In this document: in pieces, positions 13,573 through 28,873 of the stretch
Layout of the letters: every line of letters starts with the position of its first letter
How positions within the stretch are numbered: position 1 is the first letter of the stretch
Assembly: GCA_000165425.1 (NCBI GenBank)
Contig: CT868319.1
Coordinates: 372,001-436,000, forward strand
Origin: Paramecium tetraurelia
Taxonomy: Eukaryota
Reading direction: 5' to 3'
Length of the DNA: 64,000 bases
The notes under the pieces: model-generated
Database searches by the model: none
What the model was told of the DNA's origin: nothing
The model's input: the letters and a program-made list of their open reading frames with translations, nothing else
Position numbers and translations under genes: made by a program

Positions 13573-14763
13573 ATGAAAAGAGCATCATAAATCCAAATAT
13601 AGAAGGAAGCTATTGTATTCTCTTCTGATGATTCAATGAACAGTGACAATTCCTTCAATTCTAGTATTGAGGAGGAAGAAGCAGAGGCAGACACAAACAC
13701 TATTTTTCATCTCAAAGAGCAAATGGCACAATTTTTTACAGAAAATCCAGGATTGCAAGAAGCCATCAAATTTGAATAAGAGGAGAAAGATGAGGGTAAT
13801 GCTGAAAAAAATGAATAAACTAAACACAAGTAAACTAAATGGTAATATCAATAGACCAGCTTTAATTTCTAAATCAGAGTAACAGTAATTTGTACATGGT
13901 TGGAAGTTGCTTGGAAAAGATGTTATAAGAAACAGCTAAGGAGGACAGACTCTACCGACTTTGGAAACTATAAATCATAGACTGAATATATTCAAATAGA
14001 AGGTTGACAAGGTAGATTATTTGGAAATTTTGTAACGAGAAACTCAATAGCAATAATAGAAGCAAGAAGAGCAAGTCTAAGTTAAACAAGACAACACCAA
14101 ATAATAGCCAAGATCACAATCAGAGAACCCTAACAAAAATGACAATGAGGAATAGAAATTAGAGGAAGAATAAGATATAACTTATTTCAGTTTCAAAAAA
14201 AAAATGCAATTGGCTTTACACAAAAGATAATAACTATAAAGAGAGGAAGAAGAGAGGAAACAAAAATAGTAAAAAGAGAAATAGAAGAAGGTCAATGAAG
14301 CTGATTAACTTGCCAACGATGCACCTAACCAATAAACATAAAATACTTTAGTTGGATCTAAAATGGAATTTTAAACTCATGTTGGGTAAATGCTGTATTA
14401 GACTTACCTTTAAACTGGAGGAGACAAGGAGAGCTTTAAAAAGATGGCTGCTATTTTCCTTAAAAATTATCATAAGAAGCAGAAAGAAAATTTAGATAAA
14501 TTAAAAGTATGCTAATTGATCAATCCAATAAGGTATTTCCACCGGCAATTCCAAAATTTACATCAGAAGATTGCAAGCATCTGAATTTGTTATTACCAGA
14601 CTTCTCTACTCAATTATATGCTCCAAACAAATAAAATTTATTTTAAGGAGTTGAGAATTATAAATTTCCAGCCAATAGTCCAGAATAAGAATTCATAAAC
14701 TTGGTTGATTAGATTATGTCAGGGAAAGTAATGTAATTTTGGAAAGAAATGCATTAATAATGA
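13573..14763 (+). CDS. hypothetical acidic/coiled-coil protein
   Basis: ATG 13573 (MKRASQIQIQKEAIVFSSDDS); frame continues with small introns to TGA 14763. Confidence 0.65.
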
Positions 14764-14854
14764 AATGAATTATAAAAATCAATTTTTTCATATTTTTAAA
14801 CATAATATATATTTTTCAGAATAGGATCTTAGTTAGGGTTTTAAGTGTTGGGAA

Positions 14855-16315
14855 ATGCAGTTTTTAATAGACAAATAATAAGGGAACATCAAAAATGAAG
14901 AGCTCTCTCAAAATAAATAAAAATTATGCGAAATACGTTAGTTTAATTTAAATATTAATAATCGCGATCATATTCTTTTAAAACTCATGTTTCATTCATT
15001 TTGACTCTTGAAAATGAGAAGAGAGGAGGAATTCGAAAATATTGTGTAAAGGGGATTTAGGGGTTAAGAAATTGATGAATTCTGAATAAAGAGAGAGTTA
15101 TTGCCAGCAATGGTTGACTAATTTTACTCTATTCTTGGATGGAGATATAGGAGTTGATCCTGATTTGCGAAATGATTTATTTCTCATGGCTCTCTTTTTT
15201 TATTACTTTGTGATAGAGTGCTTCTTTATTCAATATTTATGTTATTAATAATTCTACTGTCTGTAGCTGCTTTTGCATACGTGCATAAAGAGGAATAACA
15301 TGTGATGGATGTTTATAACAAAATGAATTCTATAAAGGAATTCCTATCCCAATTGGAGTATTATACGGCTCTGGAGAAATTGGAGGTCAGGTCGAAAGAA
15401 AATTTTGAGTTTGAGGAGGAAAGTTTTACAATCTACAGTGAGCATTACTAAGAAGTAAGGAGATTTGAAATTTTTAGCTCCTCTAAGCATTGAAAGCAGA
15501 ATAGGTGTGTCATAAGAAATAGAAGGAAGACATGTAGATGTTCTTAAGGGAAACCTTTCCAGAAGCAATTGATAAGATAAAACGTATAATTGCAGATAAA
15601 GTATATTAGTTAATAAAATAAGGAAAAACTCATAGAAGGGGACATTAAAGAATTAGCAAAGATAAAACATTCTTAGCCTGAAGATATCAGCAAACGTTTT
15701 GAGGAATTTAATTATTTGCATCAAAAAATATAAGAAGGTAGTATCAATCAGATGATGATGTTTTAGTGTTAGAATCGAATGATCAATAAGACATTTATAA
15801 AGCCTTGGAATTATTGGAATCAAAAATAATGATAGGGTCATTCAAGCAGATGCAAAATTAGGAGGTGGATTTTTTTATGAAGAGCGTTGATAGATTATTC
15901 CGAGAAAAATCAAATCCTCATAAAAAGGAAGAGTCAATCTAATTGCTGAGTCTAATGAGGAGTGTTATATCTGAGTATCTGATAACGATGATGAATGATC
16001 AATTGGAGTAGTCCTTTGATTTATTGGATAAGGAACTTTTTTTCACTCAATCCAAGCACACTCATATCAATGCTAAAGATCAATACGTAAATCTGCTGCA
16101 GAGTATGGAATGTAAGTTTATGATTAATCAAAACTGTAGAGAATCATTACAATATTTGGAAGAGTATCTTAGAAATGAAATTTGACAGCACAATGCTCGA
16201 AGTAGCTGAAAAACAATAGGATACTGCAACTAAAATAGGGACTCGTGCTATGTAATATCATACACAGATGTAAGAAATGTTTAAGGCAATGCTAGAACGT
16301 TTTTTATAAAGATGA
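14855..16315 (+). CDS. hypothetical protein with C-terminal coiled coil (5' exon structure uncertain)
   Basis: Long ciliate-code frame from ~15075 ending ...MFKAMLERFLQR-TGA 16315; joining to ATG 14855 needs two ~30-nt introns. Confidence 0.55.
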
Positions 16316-16331
16316 AATTAGTCTATATATA

Positions 16332-17895
<1,564 letters not shown>

Positions 17896-18556
17896 AAGTC
17901 TTATTTTTATGTATAATTATCAAATTGAATAATAATCAAAATCCCATTTATAAACATTTCATAATTACATCAATTTTTTAAAGATTACCTCTCCAATAAA
18001 ATTAAAATAATTTTGTTAAGAAATTTTTACTCTCAAAAGTCATAAAGAATAAACTAAACAATTTAGTCGTAATACTTAATTTTATTTATAACTAAGTTAT
18101 AATCAATAAATAATTTTGACTTTTCAATGTAAATTCAATATGCACATCTTCATCCCACAAGAAATCTAATTGTAAATTTACTACTTTTATATGTAAAATT
18201 GGAAGGTTGGATAGAATATATAAAGATAAAAAAGTAGTGTATAATAGAGATTTTTTAATTTCATCTGATTCATAATGAACAAGCACTTGATGTAATATGA
18301 AATTGGATTTAAAACAAGGATAAAAGAACTGGAAATAAAGCTAAAACTACTTTTTAGAGTATATTATAAAAATAATAAAGAGAGATTATGTAAATATATG
18401 AAATGATTACTAAATTTATGGTTACTTCAATAAGGAAATTAGAAAAGTTACCCTTTATGAATAAGATTTATAGATTTAAATAATTATTGATAACATTTGA
18501 TTTAACTACTAATCTTAAGGTGAAGTAGAATGAAATTTTAAATAATAAGTAGTAAA

Positions 18557-20421
18557 TCATTTTTATTTTCTTGTTGAACTCTATCCTCGTTAACTTATAG
18601 ATGATTTTAAATGAGTTGATGAACTAGAACCTCTTTTCACCTGAGGGGGTCTCCAAGATAATTCATTATGTTAAGGACTCTGCGGTTTCTTCTTGCTTGT
18701 TAAAGTTTATAACATCTTTTATATCTACAATTATTTAGGATGAATTGGCTACATAATTGCGATCTATAATTGGCCGATCCGATAGCACAGTACTCAAAGT
18801 GGGATGATTGTCCTAACTCTTTCTCGGTTTCTCTTTCATCATTTATTAGAATGATTTGCGTAATAAAGACAGCGGCATAATACTCTATGGTGTGAGTGAT
18901 TGTTTTTGGGTCTGAGTCTTAGAAAATTGCTTCTCTATTTCATTCAAGTTAAGTTATAGATTCTTCTTTTTTGTCGTTGATTGACTTATTTGTAAAAGCT
19001 TTTTATCAATGAGATGATCACTTTGAACTCTCATCTTCTATTTCAATTGAAATATATCTTTGTATGACTCGTTGACATAATTGAAGAAATCAAAGAGATC
19101 TTCAGAACTGCTTAATTCGCCTTACTCATTCTTCTGATTGAGATCAGTTACGTCAATCTTCAAGAACTCTTGATGTATATGTGTTTCATAGATATCAATG
19201 AATATAGGCATCTGATTGGATTTCTTCTATTTAACGGCTTGCCAATCGACATCACTAAACCAAGAATTCTTCTTCAAAGTAGCGAAGTCATGTATTCTGT
19301 CTGCGATATTCTTATTCAAAAGACTTTGCAACAGTTACATGACATCGCCAGTCAATTCTTCAGGAAAGGAGATATCCTCATTTTGAATTTTATGAAAAAT
19401 TTCCTCAGTATTTTGAGAATAATGAGGTGGTAAGCCTAGCAACAATTCATATAATAAGCACCCTAAGGTATAGAAGTCTGCAGGATAAGAGTAACCTTAT
19501 CGATTGACTATCTCTGGAGGCATATACTCAGGAGAACCACAGAAACTGTTGGTTAATTGTTCTTCACTCAAGTCCAATTTGGATAGGCCAAAATCAGTGA
19601 GTTAAATGTGACCCCTGAGATCAATGAGTATATTCTCTGGCTAGATATATAAGTTATTGGGATGTTACCTTTAAATCCCTGTATAGGACTCGATGTTGAT
19701 GGAGTTCTTCAAGGGCACAAATGACTTCGCAAATGTAAGCTTTGGCTTCTTCATCTGTAAAACGGTAATTTTGAAGATGATAAAACATCTCGCCCCCAGC
19801 AGAGTATTCCATTAGAAAACACAGATGATCTTTGGTTGCAAATGTGGCATACAATGGAATGATGAATTTAGAGTGATTCAGAACCTGAGACAGAATTTTC
19901 TTCTCTCTAAGGATTTGTTCCAGTCTTCTGCAATCAGTAATGTATTATTTTTTGATCATCTTCAGAGCAAACAATCGTCCAGACACTTGATGACGCACCA
20001 AATAGACTTCTGAAGTGCCTCCCTTGCCAATGCATCTCTCGAATGTGAAATCCAGAAGACTGAGAATTGATTTGTGAGCATTTTATCTATAGACTCCAAT
20101 CAAAGCTTCCTGTTTTAACTTGTGTATGGGCAGTTAAGCTGATTTAATATGAATTAAACGCTTACCTCTCTCTTCTGGTACAGACAACATGTAATCCATG
20201 GTGATTGAATTAGAGACCGTTTTCAGAGCAACTAACTATTATGAATTTGGTGTTGCTGGATGTTCACGAAGCTATTATGAATAACTCTCAAATACTCATA
20301 CCTTGTTTAGGAGATCAGCCACACTCTTGTCCATTGCTATATCAATCGCCACTTGTTTATCAAAGCACCTTATCAATACAGTTCTAATTTTCTATGAGTG
20401 ATTTCGCTTGTGTTCTAACAT
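18557..20421 (-). CDS. AGC-group Ser/Thr protein kinase
   Basis: [48 protein letters not shown]; Ser/Arg-rich C-terminal tail ending at TGA 18557. Confidence 0.88.
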
Positions 20422-20426
20422 TATTT

Positions 20427-21847
20427 ATGTTATAAAGAATTAAAATTGTTAGATCACTCAATCAGAAATTGAGATATCGATACGAATAGCTCTCCGCAGA
20501 GCTCTACTTCTTGAATTAAAGAGATTGCTATGGTGGCCAAAACACCCAAATCAGTCAAACTCAAACCATTGAAAGCAGCCAATCAAGGATATCTGGCAAA
20601 CAATCACGAAAGTTCAGACACTTGCTATGTCACTGGAGTGCCCTATGGTTAAACCAAAGACAAATTCCAGAATTACGATCTCTTCAACAGTCTTAACACT
20701 CAGTATATCCAATTCCTCTACTTAGAATGCATCCAGATCTAATTGTATTGCAATTAGACCCTTCCCCTTATCTTGCAAGACAAAGATTCCTCGCTCACAA
20801 ATGTGCACTCCAAAATGTGGAAGGCTACGAAATGTATGACACTCCCTTGATTGATCCCCTCAAACCACATGCTTGGGAAGAAGCAGTAGTCAATCTAGTC
20901 GTCTTGGATATGCTCAATGCAAATAAAAACATGGAAGAAATCGATTGGTCCAAAGGTCTCAGCACTTATTCCTATGCCAACATCCAATCCAAAGAAATAC
21001 AAGAAGCCAATAAAAATCTATTCATATAAACTATCGACGAACACATTATCAACCATAGATATTCAGAATATTATCTCATTAATCGTGTCCTCTACACAGC
21101 CCTTATGGGTAAACACAAAGTTCTGTTGGCTGACATGCCTGATCATTTGCATAAATTAAATTTGGGTGGCACTCTTGAAATCCAAGAGGCTAGAGATCTA
21201 TTCAAATACACTCTACAAAAAACTAAATAAATGAATGACATCCCCATCACTCTAAGAAAAGCAGCATATGATTTCTTGCCACATGTCTTTTAAACACCTA
21301 AGGATCTGTATATGACTGCTATGTTGAAGAGTGCTTTCGAAGGTTGCGAAACTATCAATGCCTATGTGGGAGTCCCTCACCTAGTACCCATCAATAACTA
21401 TTGGGTCGAGGCTCCTCATGGCATCAATTATACAGAAGCCACGCGAATCCCACCAAGAAGAACTGGAGAAACTGATGAAAATTAAATTGAAAAAATGGCA
21501 CTCTTGGATGTATTGCTTGAAACCCACACTTGGGCAGAACCATACTTAAGCAATCCATTTCCATATGTTGTCGAGGATCTTACACAAGTATAACTCATTC
21601 AAATTATTCAAAGGCTACAGCTGGAGATTTGAAGGCCATGAAAGAATGCTTCCTACAATATTACTAAAAATATAGCGCATATAAAAATGAATTACAAAAG
21701 GAATTGCCCAACTTGAGGAATCACGATATTAAATTTATTGAATAAACCAGACAAGCCATTCCTGATATGAAATACGAAAAATCCATTGAGATCAAAGCCT
21801 TAACAAACAAACAATTATAATAAAGAAATGTAGAAATAGTATAATGA
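20427..21847 (+). CDS. TraB/PrgY/GumN-like protein, probably mitochondrial (one apparent +1 base near 20518)
   Basis: Basic presequence-like start MLQRIKIVRSLNQKLRYRY; CYVTGV, HPDLIVLQLD, PKDLYMTAMLK and AYVGVPHLVPI parallel TraB-family motifs; TGA 21845-21847. Confidence 0.6.
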
Positions 21848-22312
21848 TTATTTTAATTAAATATTATTCATTCAACTCGTTTTTTGACCCATAATTATTG
21901 TTATTATACTAATTATACCTTTATATTACTTTTAGTATTAACTTTTATTTGTATTTAATATTATTAAATAACTTCTTTAAGTATAATACTCTAAATTCAC
22001 TTATTATTTACGTTTACATATTTGTAGTGATTTGCCTTATGATAATGAAAACATTCACTCTTAATAGATCTTTTATCAAAATTTCTATACTGTTAATGTA
22101 TTATCATTTAAATTATAAATGTTCTTAAATTCTATAGAAGAAGCATAGACTATTATAATAAGGATATCGATTTCTAAAATTAATACAATTTGTTGAATTG
22201 AGTAGTTATTTTAATTAGTTTTGATTGCGTGGTAGTATGATGTAATTATGTTAAAGGAATGAATAAGTTTTTTCAAGAACATTATTATTTAATATATATA
22301 AAAACGTATTAA

Positions 22313-23441
22313 ATGCAATATTTTTTGGCTTTGTGTTTTGTTTTAGTAGCTTTGGGCTAACAGATAAAAGGAAATGGAAAACATCATAAACACAAGAACA
22401 AAGAGATAGGGTTTGTGTAGGTTTCAGCAGATCTGAATGATTAACGTATCATCTTGGAAGGGATTATACAATAGGTGAATCAATTAGCTCTCTTAGTATA
22501 AAGATAAAATGTATTTGATGATAGTTTGAGACAAAGACCTTTTGATTTGATGGGTTAATTGGATCGACTTGATAAATTGGAATTGTACCCAGAAGAATCT
22601 AAGATTATTGAAAGCTTAAAATAGCAATTAAACATAATCTCTAATGCCATGGATGTGGATGATTACATTCAGGAATGCGATGGGGAAGATGTTTGTTAAA
22701 TCTGTCAAGCTTCCATGTACTATTAATTAGACGATGATAATTGGTATATGATTGGATTCGAGCATGGATTTAAGTAATTATGCATTGAAATGAAGAAAGG
22801 AATTCCAATTCCTATTAGATTCTGCGAAATAAGCACTAGGATCTGATGGGGATCTCTTGTTGGCCTTCTCAACTGAAAATCACATCTGTCTGCAATTTGC
22901 CAATCTCAAACATCCCATAGACATCAATGGTGTGCTTAAGCTCTATTTGGGAACTACCTTAAACGATTACCAAAACAAATTGATTCACTTGCCAACACAT
23001 GGAGTGCCTTTGGAGTTCCTTGTCAGAGCAGAGTATACAAATAGGAATTTCATTTACAAAGACCTCAAATTTATTGTAAATGACAATTCCTAGAGAGACA
23101 TCCTGGGGGGTCGATTGAACAAATTGCAATTTTCCATTTTCGATTAAAATGTTTATATTTTAGAATATCATACAAGGTATTCATCGAATACGACGGTCAA
23201 TTTTATATCCAATCCCAAATCTATCCATTTTAGGTCAAGACTATTCAAGGGGACACCAAATCAGAATAGGTACATCCATATTTATTATAATACTCAATAG
23301 ATCAATATTAAATATTCAAAGAACATAGCTGAAAAGTATTTGTCTAATTCCATTTTGAAGGATACTTTCAAATTTAGCTAGATGCAAGCTTCTACTTATA
23401 CAAATAGTACTGATATTGTAATATCTGTTGAATTAGACTGA
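22313..23441 (+). CDS. hypothetical secreted protein
   Basis: Signal peptide MQYFLALCFVLVALG, helical N-part, Cys-containing and beta-rich C-part, tiny introns, TGA 23441. Confidence 0.65.
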
Positions 23442-23469
23442 TTTTTATTTTTAATTCTAATAATATTTA

Positions 23470-24788
23470 ATGAAAAGGATATATAATAATAATCAGCCAA
23501 TCAACAGACCCCTTTATCAATTAGGATACAAAGTTTAGGATCAAGTAGTTCCACAAGGGATAGCATTTTTTTCAACATCTGGCAAAAGACATTATCCAGA
23601 TAATCAAAGGGGAGAATTGGAAACCTACTAAGGAATGCAACATCTCTTTGACCCACCCAAAAGGTAAATCGTTTTTGAAATCCTCATAGATTGGCTCAAG
23701 ACTACGATAGATCTTTAAATACAAAGGACATCGATGGGGCAGTTACAAATACCCTACGTAGCAAAGTTGTAAAAAACATGGAATTAGCATAAGTCTATAA
23801 ACAAGAAAAGCAGAAATCCTTATGGGAATAGGGCAGTAAACCTAGTGATCTTGAATCCTAATCCTATTAACCAAGGGCTAAATGGGATGAGAATGATCCA
23901 TATAAAAATAGAAGTGCAATCTACACCAATAATCAGGATTCTAAAAGGAAACTAGAAGATCTAAGTGACAAACATCTAGATACCATTCAATATCCTGATT
24001 CTACCACTTTCAAGCCTAATCAATAATTTAATGAATCTCATCATTAATAGTAATTGTATCCATAATCATATGATGATCCAAATTTGATCGCTTTGCGTTA
24101 ACAAACACAAAACTAGCAACAATTAATTCAACTACAAAATTCACAATCTTAACCAAATCTAGTGGTTTAGCCCTAAAACCCTCAATTATTCAACTACCCT
24201 GAGTAACTACATTAGTAAGTTCCTCTGTATCAATATTAGTTGGAAGATGAAAGATTAAAATAGTAATAATTGTTAATGCAAAAACAATGGGAGTAATAAA
24301 GATTAGAGAGTCTTCAAAGATTACAGCAATAATAAAATGAAAAAATCAGAGAACAACAGAATCTTAAAATGCAACAGGATTAAGACTATCAAATTATGTA
24401 ATAATAACGACAATAATCATTAAACTAAAAATAGCAGTACGCTCAAGATTTGAGATCTTAATAGGAAAGTAATAAGGAAGGAAGTCTTAGAAAAGGATTC
24501 ACCCCTCCACCTGCAACCAAAAGCGAACTCATAGGCGCTCTCTTGCAACCTCCTAAAATACAAAAGTCATAAGGTTTTGATGGAGATAAGAATCAAAATC
24601 TGAGAGATTCTTTATCCAAAGAAATAGAAGAAAATGAGAGAAAACTAATAATTAATAGATTTAGACCGCATGAATTGCAATAATACATTTACGACATGAA
24701 AAATGGAAGAATAGGCGGCAGCAAAACTAGAAATAACCCAACTTTTATGTCCTATGCTGGACAATAATTAGTGAATCAATAATAATGA
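23470..24788 (+). CDS. hypothetical Gln-rich protein (start uncertain)
   Basis: Long frame containing SLNTKDIDGA and Q-rich coiled coil, ending ...AGQQLVNQQQ-TGA 24788; ATG 23470 is not cleanly in frame. Confidence 0.6.
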
Positions 24789-25092
24789 TAACATATTATA
24801 ATAATAATATATTATTTATTTTTTACTTTTAGTTTTTGTTATCATATTCATATTTCATTTGTGATACTCTCAATTATTTAATATCATTTTATACTTCTAC
24901 TTATTTCAAGTATCCATCATCAATCTCACCTGCATTCTATGATCAAAATCAGATTTTTACAATCCAAAATATAATTAAACTAAAACTAAAATTATAATTA
25001 GCAATATGGATATTCATGAAATCATTGGTAATTATTGGAATTCAATAACAATAGATAATTAGTTTTGTTTATATTTAGAATATTAAATCTTG

Positions 25093-25551
25093 TCAAATTT
25101 CATATTCCTCCCATGAGTTCTCTTCTTCAAGAATGTCCTCAACTGGCCTTGGGTCTTCATAAAATAATTCCTCCCACGTCATAGCATATCTATATTTATC
25201 TACGATATTTCAGTTTTCATACCTTTAAGTGCATCTTATAATAATTTCTTTCTGCTTCTTTCAAGGGTTGGTTTGTACCAAACACCATAACCCCAATTCC
25301 TATAGTATTTATTTATGAACACAACCTTTTATTGACTTCTGCTTAAGCAACTAATTCAGCCTCTGAGAATTGTCTTTATTTATAATATGCCCATTTTCCA
25401 AAAAAGTAGTATCTACCACCATAGAATGCTGTGAATGCAAAGCCTCCCAAGACAATAAACTTAATAATAGATATGCTTAAAATACAGGTCTGATTCTTCT
25501 CAACCACCAGGCATTGGTTTCCCAGACAAAGTTTGTCCACTGATAAACCAT
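25093..25551 (-). CDS. small single-TM aromatic-rich protein (~127 aa), possibly mitochondrial inner membrane
   Basis: Four exons, three tiny introns: MVYQWTNFVWETNAWWLRRIRPFIVLGGFAFTAFYGGRYYFFGKW...EENSWEEYEI-TGA. Confidence 0.8.
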
Positions 25552-26081
25552 TTTATATTAAATTTAATATTATCATTGATTTGTTTGAGTTCATAGAATA
25601 AGGATAAAATACAATTGCATATTTCTGATTTCTTCTTGGAGTGATGTTATTAATCAATTTAAATTAACACATTAAACTAAGACAATATTATCCAATCCAA
25701 TTATGAAACAAATAATTTGGTTAGGTATTATAATTGGTTTCAAAATATAATTTTAGAAATTTTGCTACTCAGAAGAGAATAAAATTACTAATACAAATTG
25801 TTTGCCAATTTAAAATTTAGTATATAAAAATAATTAAAAGTATAAAATACTTAGGTTATTCTATTGAGTTCCACAACCCCATATAGAACCACTTTTATTT
25901 TCTATAAATTCTGAATTTGTCGTCAGAATGTAGTATTTTTAAATCCTGTATATTTTAGAGAAAAGATAAATATAAAAAAAAAATAATAAAATATTCCTTC
26001 AGATTTAATAAATTCATTCAGTATTTCGCTTCGGTCATTTTTACAAAAAAATTTTTGAAATTAATATAATATCAATATAAA

Positions 26082-28494
26082 ATGTTGATTGGAAAACAGC
26101 ATCTTTTATTCAGTGACCTTTGTCAACTAATTTACCTAGCATATATTAATCAAGGTTTGTATTTTATTAATCATTAGCCAGTTCCATTATTATATTATCT
26201 TTGATAACTGTACTTTATGCTAGCAGCATCATTTTTGAGATTTTATCTGTAATACTCAAAAATGAACGCAGAAATCAAATAATCCATCAAATTGGATACT
26301 CTATTAAAATGATTTCCTTCTGGTTTGCATATTAAGCAAAATAAGAATACATTCTTTGCTCTTTATTATAAACCCAAATATTATTTAATAATACCGACTT
26401 AAAATAGAAGCCTTAATATCCTATTCTAATTTTGAGTTAAATGTCTCTATTCATTTTTGATTTTAAATAAATTGTGCTTGATTATGAGTAGATAATTATA
26501 ATTATTGTTTAATTAGCTATTTTTAGTTTATGGTTATATAGAGATAGATGCATAAAATAGCGAGATAGCATTGAATTTCGTGAGCAATAGAATTAATAAC
26601 AATGTACAATTGATATATAAGTCAATACTCTTAAATAGCAATAGAATCTTATTTAAACAAATTCAACGAAGAGATTAAATACGACATAAAATTCATTATT
26701 ATTTAATGATTAATTTGAACTCTTAGAAACACAAATTAATTTTGCAGAATTGCTAACTCATCAAAATTAATATAATTAAGCATTTGAAATACTTTTAAAT
26801 TTAAATTTTAATTATATTTAAGAAACCGCACTAAAATAATGTGAACTTAGAATAATAGTATTAGAAATGCAAATTGATGAACAACTCCTCTTAACAATAG
26901 ATAAGAATGAGTATTTCAAATATGAAAATTATGCCATGCTTATAAATTGTATTGAAATAAATGAAGTTAGGTGTTTTTAAATTCAATTTTTTCCTCTACC
27001 CTTAAAAACGAATAATAATAAAGAAACAGATGAATCAATGGAAATAGATATGTGCAGATCATTATCTCATGAATTGGGAACCAATTTAAATAGCATAGTA
27101 ACATTTACAAAAATGGCATTAAAGGATGACAACGTCGATTCCCTTCTTAAAAGTAAATATTTGGAACCGATAAGAATTAATAGTGAATAGCTTAATCTAA
27201 TCGTAGGAACGATTAGAGACTATAATTTAATAAATTTAAAGCAATTCAGTTTGAAATTAGAAGAATTGGATTTAGAATCAGAAATTCGATTTATTGTTTC
27301 CTTATTAAATGAGAGCATTGAAAATAAGAACATTAAAATAGATTATCATTTTGATTTACAATCGAATGTATTGGTAAACGACAAAATACGGTTTAGATAG
27401 GTTTTATTTCAATTGATGTAAAACGCAGTGAAATATACATTTGAAAGCTCAATCACTATTACAATCTTGAATGATATTTTGGAGTGTTTTATCTCAATTG
27501 CAGACAATGGAATTGGAATGGTATTATATAATACTATATTATATAGACTGAATAAGAAGCAGAAAATATGAATTCATTGTTGCAATCTAATAAATTCGTA
27601 AAAGTGTCCGAATAATCAGTAGGAGTTGGGCTAGGACTAGGAATATCAAATTAACTAGTTAAACAAATGAGCGGAAAGAATAATTCCATTTAGCTTAGTC
27701 GAAACAAGGAGAGAGGATGTTAGTTTAGCTTCTTTATAAAGAATCATCAATTAGAGATATCAAAAGAATTTATGAGAAAGTAGTCTTCAGGATTCATTAA
27801 AAAAAGTAGTTAAACGATTCGATTTATATCAGCCAACACATATATCGAAGATTAAGTAAAAGGACAATCTATTTAAAAAATTCAAATATAAAAGAGTCAA
27901 ATTTAAACCAACACAAACTCATAATAATAATTCAAAATTCCATCCACTAACAGAATCAATTTCTATCAAGAAAGCAAAAATTAGAGTGAAGAAGATAGTC
28001 TATCATCGATTCATCCTCCTATTTTAAGTCCAAAATTTTAGTAGTCTATTGTACAATGCAGTCTTAACAGTGATTGTTGTTCAAGAGTTTTAATTGTAGA
28101 TGACGAGTACTTTAATATACAATGTCTGAAATTGCTGATGACCAAATATTAATCTAAATGTGATTCTGCTTATAATGGCAAAGAAGCTATATAACTTGTA
28201 AATCACAAAAAGCATAATCCTTGCAAGAAGTGCGGGAATCGATATTACAGTTTGATTTTCTTGGATATTAATATGCCAATTTTAGATGGTTACAAAACAG
28301 TTAAAGAATTGAAACATTTAATGAAATAACAAATTATCAATAAGGCTTGGTGTATTGCTAATACAGGATTCTGTGATTTAGACACAAAACTGAAGAGCTA
28401 TGAGGCAGGAATGGATTATTACTTAACTAAGCCTTTGGATTAAAACGAACTTAGAGGCATTTTGAATGTATTATTTCCTATTAACGATTACTGA
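26082..28494 (+). CDS. membrane hybrid histidine kinase (TM region, HisKA, HATPase, receiver)
   Basis: H-box SLSHELGTNLNSI, N-box QLMQNAVKYT, G-boxes DNGIGM and GVGLGLGIS, receiver VLIVDDEYFN...LIFLDINMPILDG...YLTKP. Confidence 0.9.
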
Positions 28495-28873
28495 TTATAA
28501 ATTGTTATAAATTATTAATATTCTACTAATTATTTCTTTTTATCCAATCATATAATTTGATGGAATTTTTATAATTTAAACAGATATACTATCAGATTTG
28601 TGGTTTAGAAGTGTATTTTGAACTATTTTGTGATGAAGCAATGATCTTTCTTGGTACAATTATGATTAATAATTTAAGAGCTCAACTATTGCAAAAAGGA
28701 TATCTTAATTAAATTCATTAAATTAGATCAAGATTTAAACCCTTATTTTGTATAAGAAATACATAGTATTGAATTAGAAATTATTTGAAAAGTGGCATAA
28801 TATGCATATTTTAAATATATGTTTTTTTTGATATAAATTACCTTTCCTATTTTATCGAAATTATAAACAATTA

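Noticed and set aside
14830..14853. Telomere-like GTTAGGGTTTTAAGTGTTGGG
   Set aside because: Not a tandem array of the Paramecium TT(T/G)GGG repeat; consistent with chance.
17900..18550. Possible small gene between CDPK and the AGC kinase
   Set aside because: The frames I tested end at TGA within a short distance and show no recognisable motif.
20510..20525. Programmed +1 frameshift (Euplotes-style) at AAT TAA A GAG
   Set aside because: Euplotes frameshifting depends on TAA/TAG acting as stops, whereas here they encode Gln; other single-base insertions in the window point to assembly error.
23470..23640. Retained IES as the explanation for the frame mismatch at the gene start
   Set aside because: I found no TA-bounded segment with IES-like ends that restores the frame; a homopolymer error or later start is simpler.
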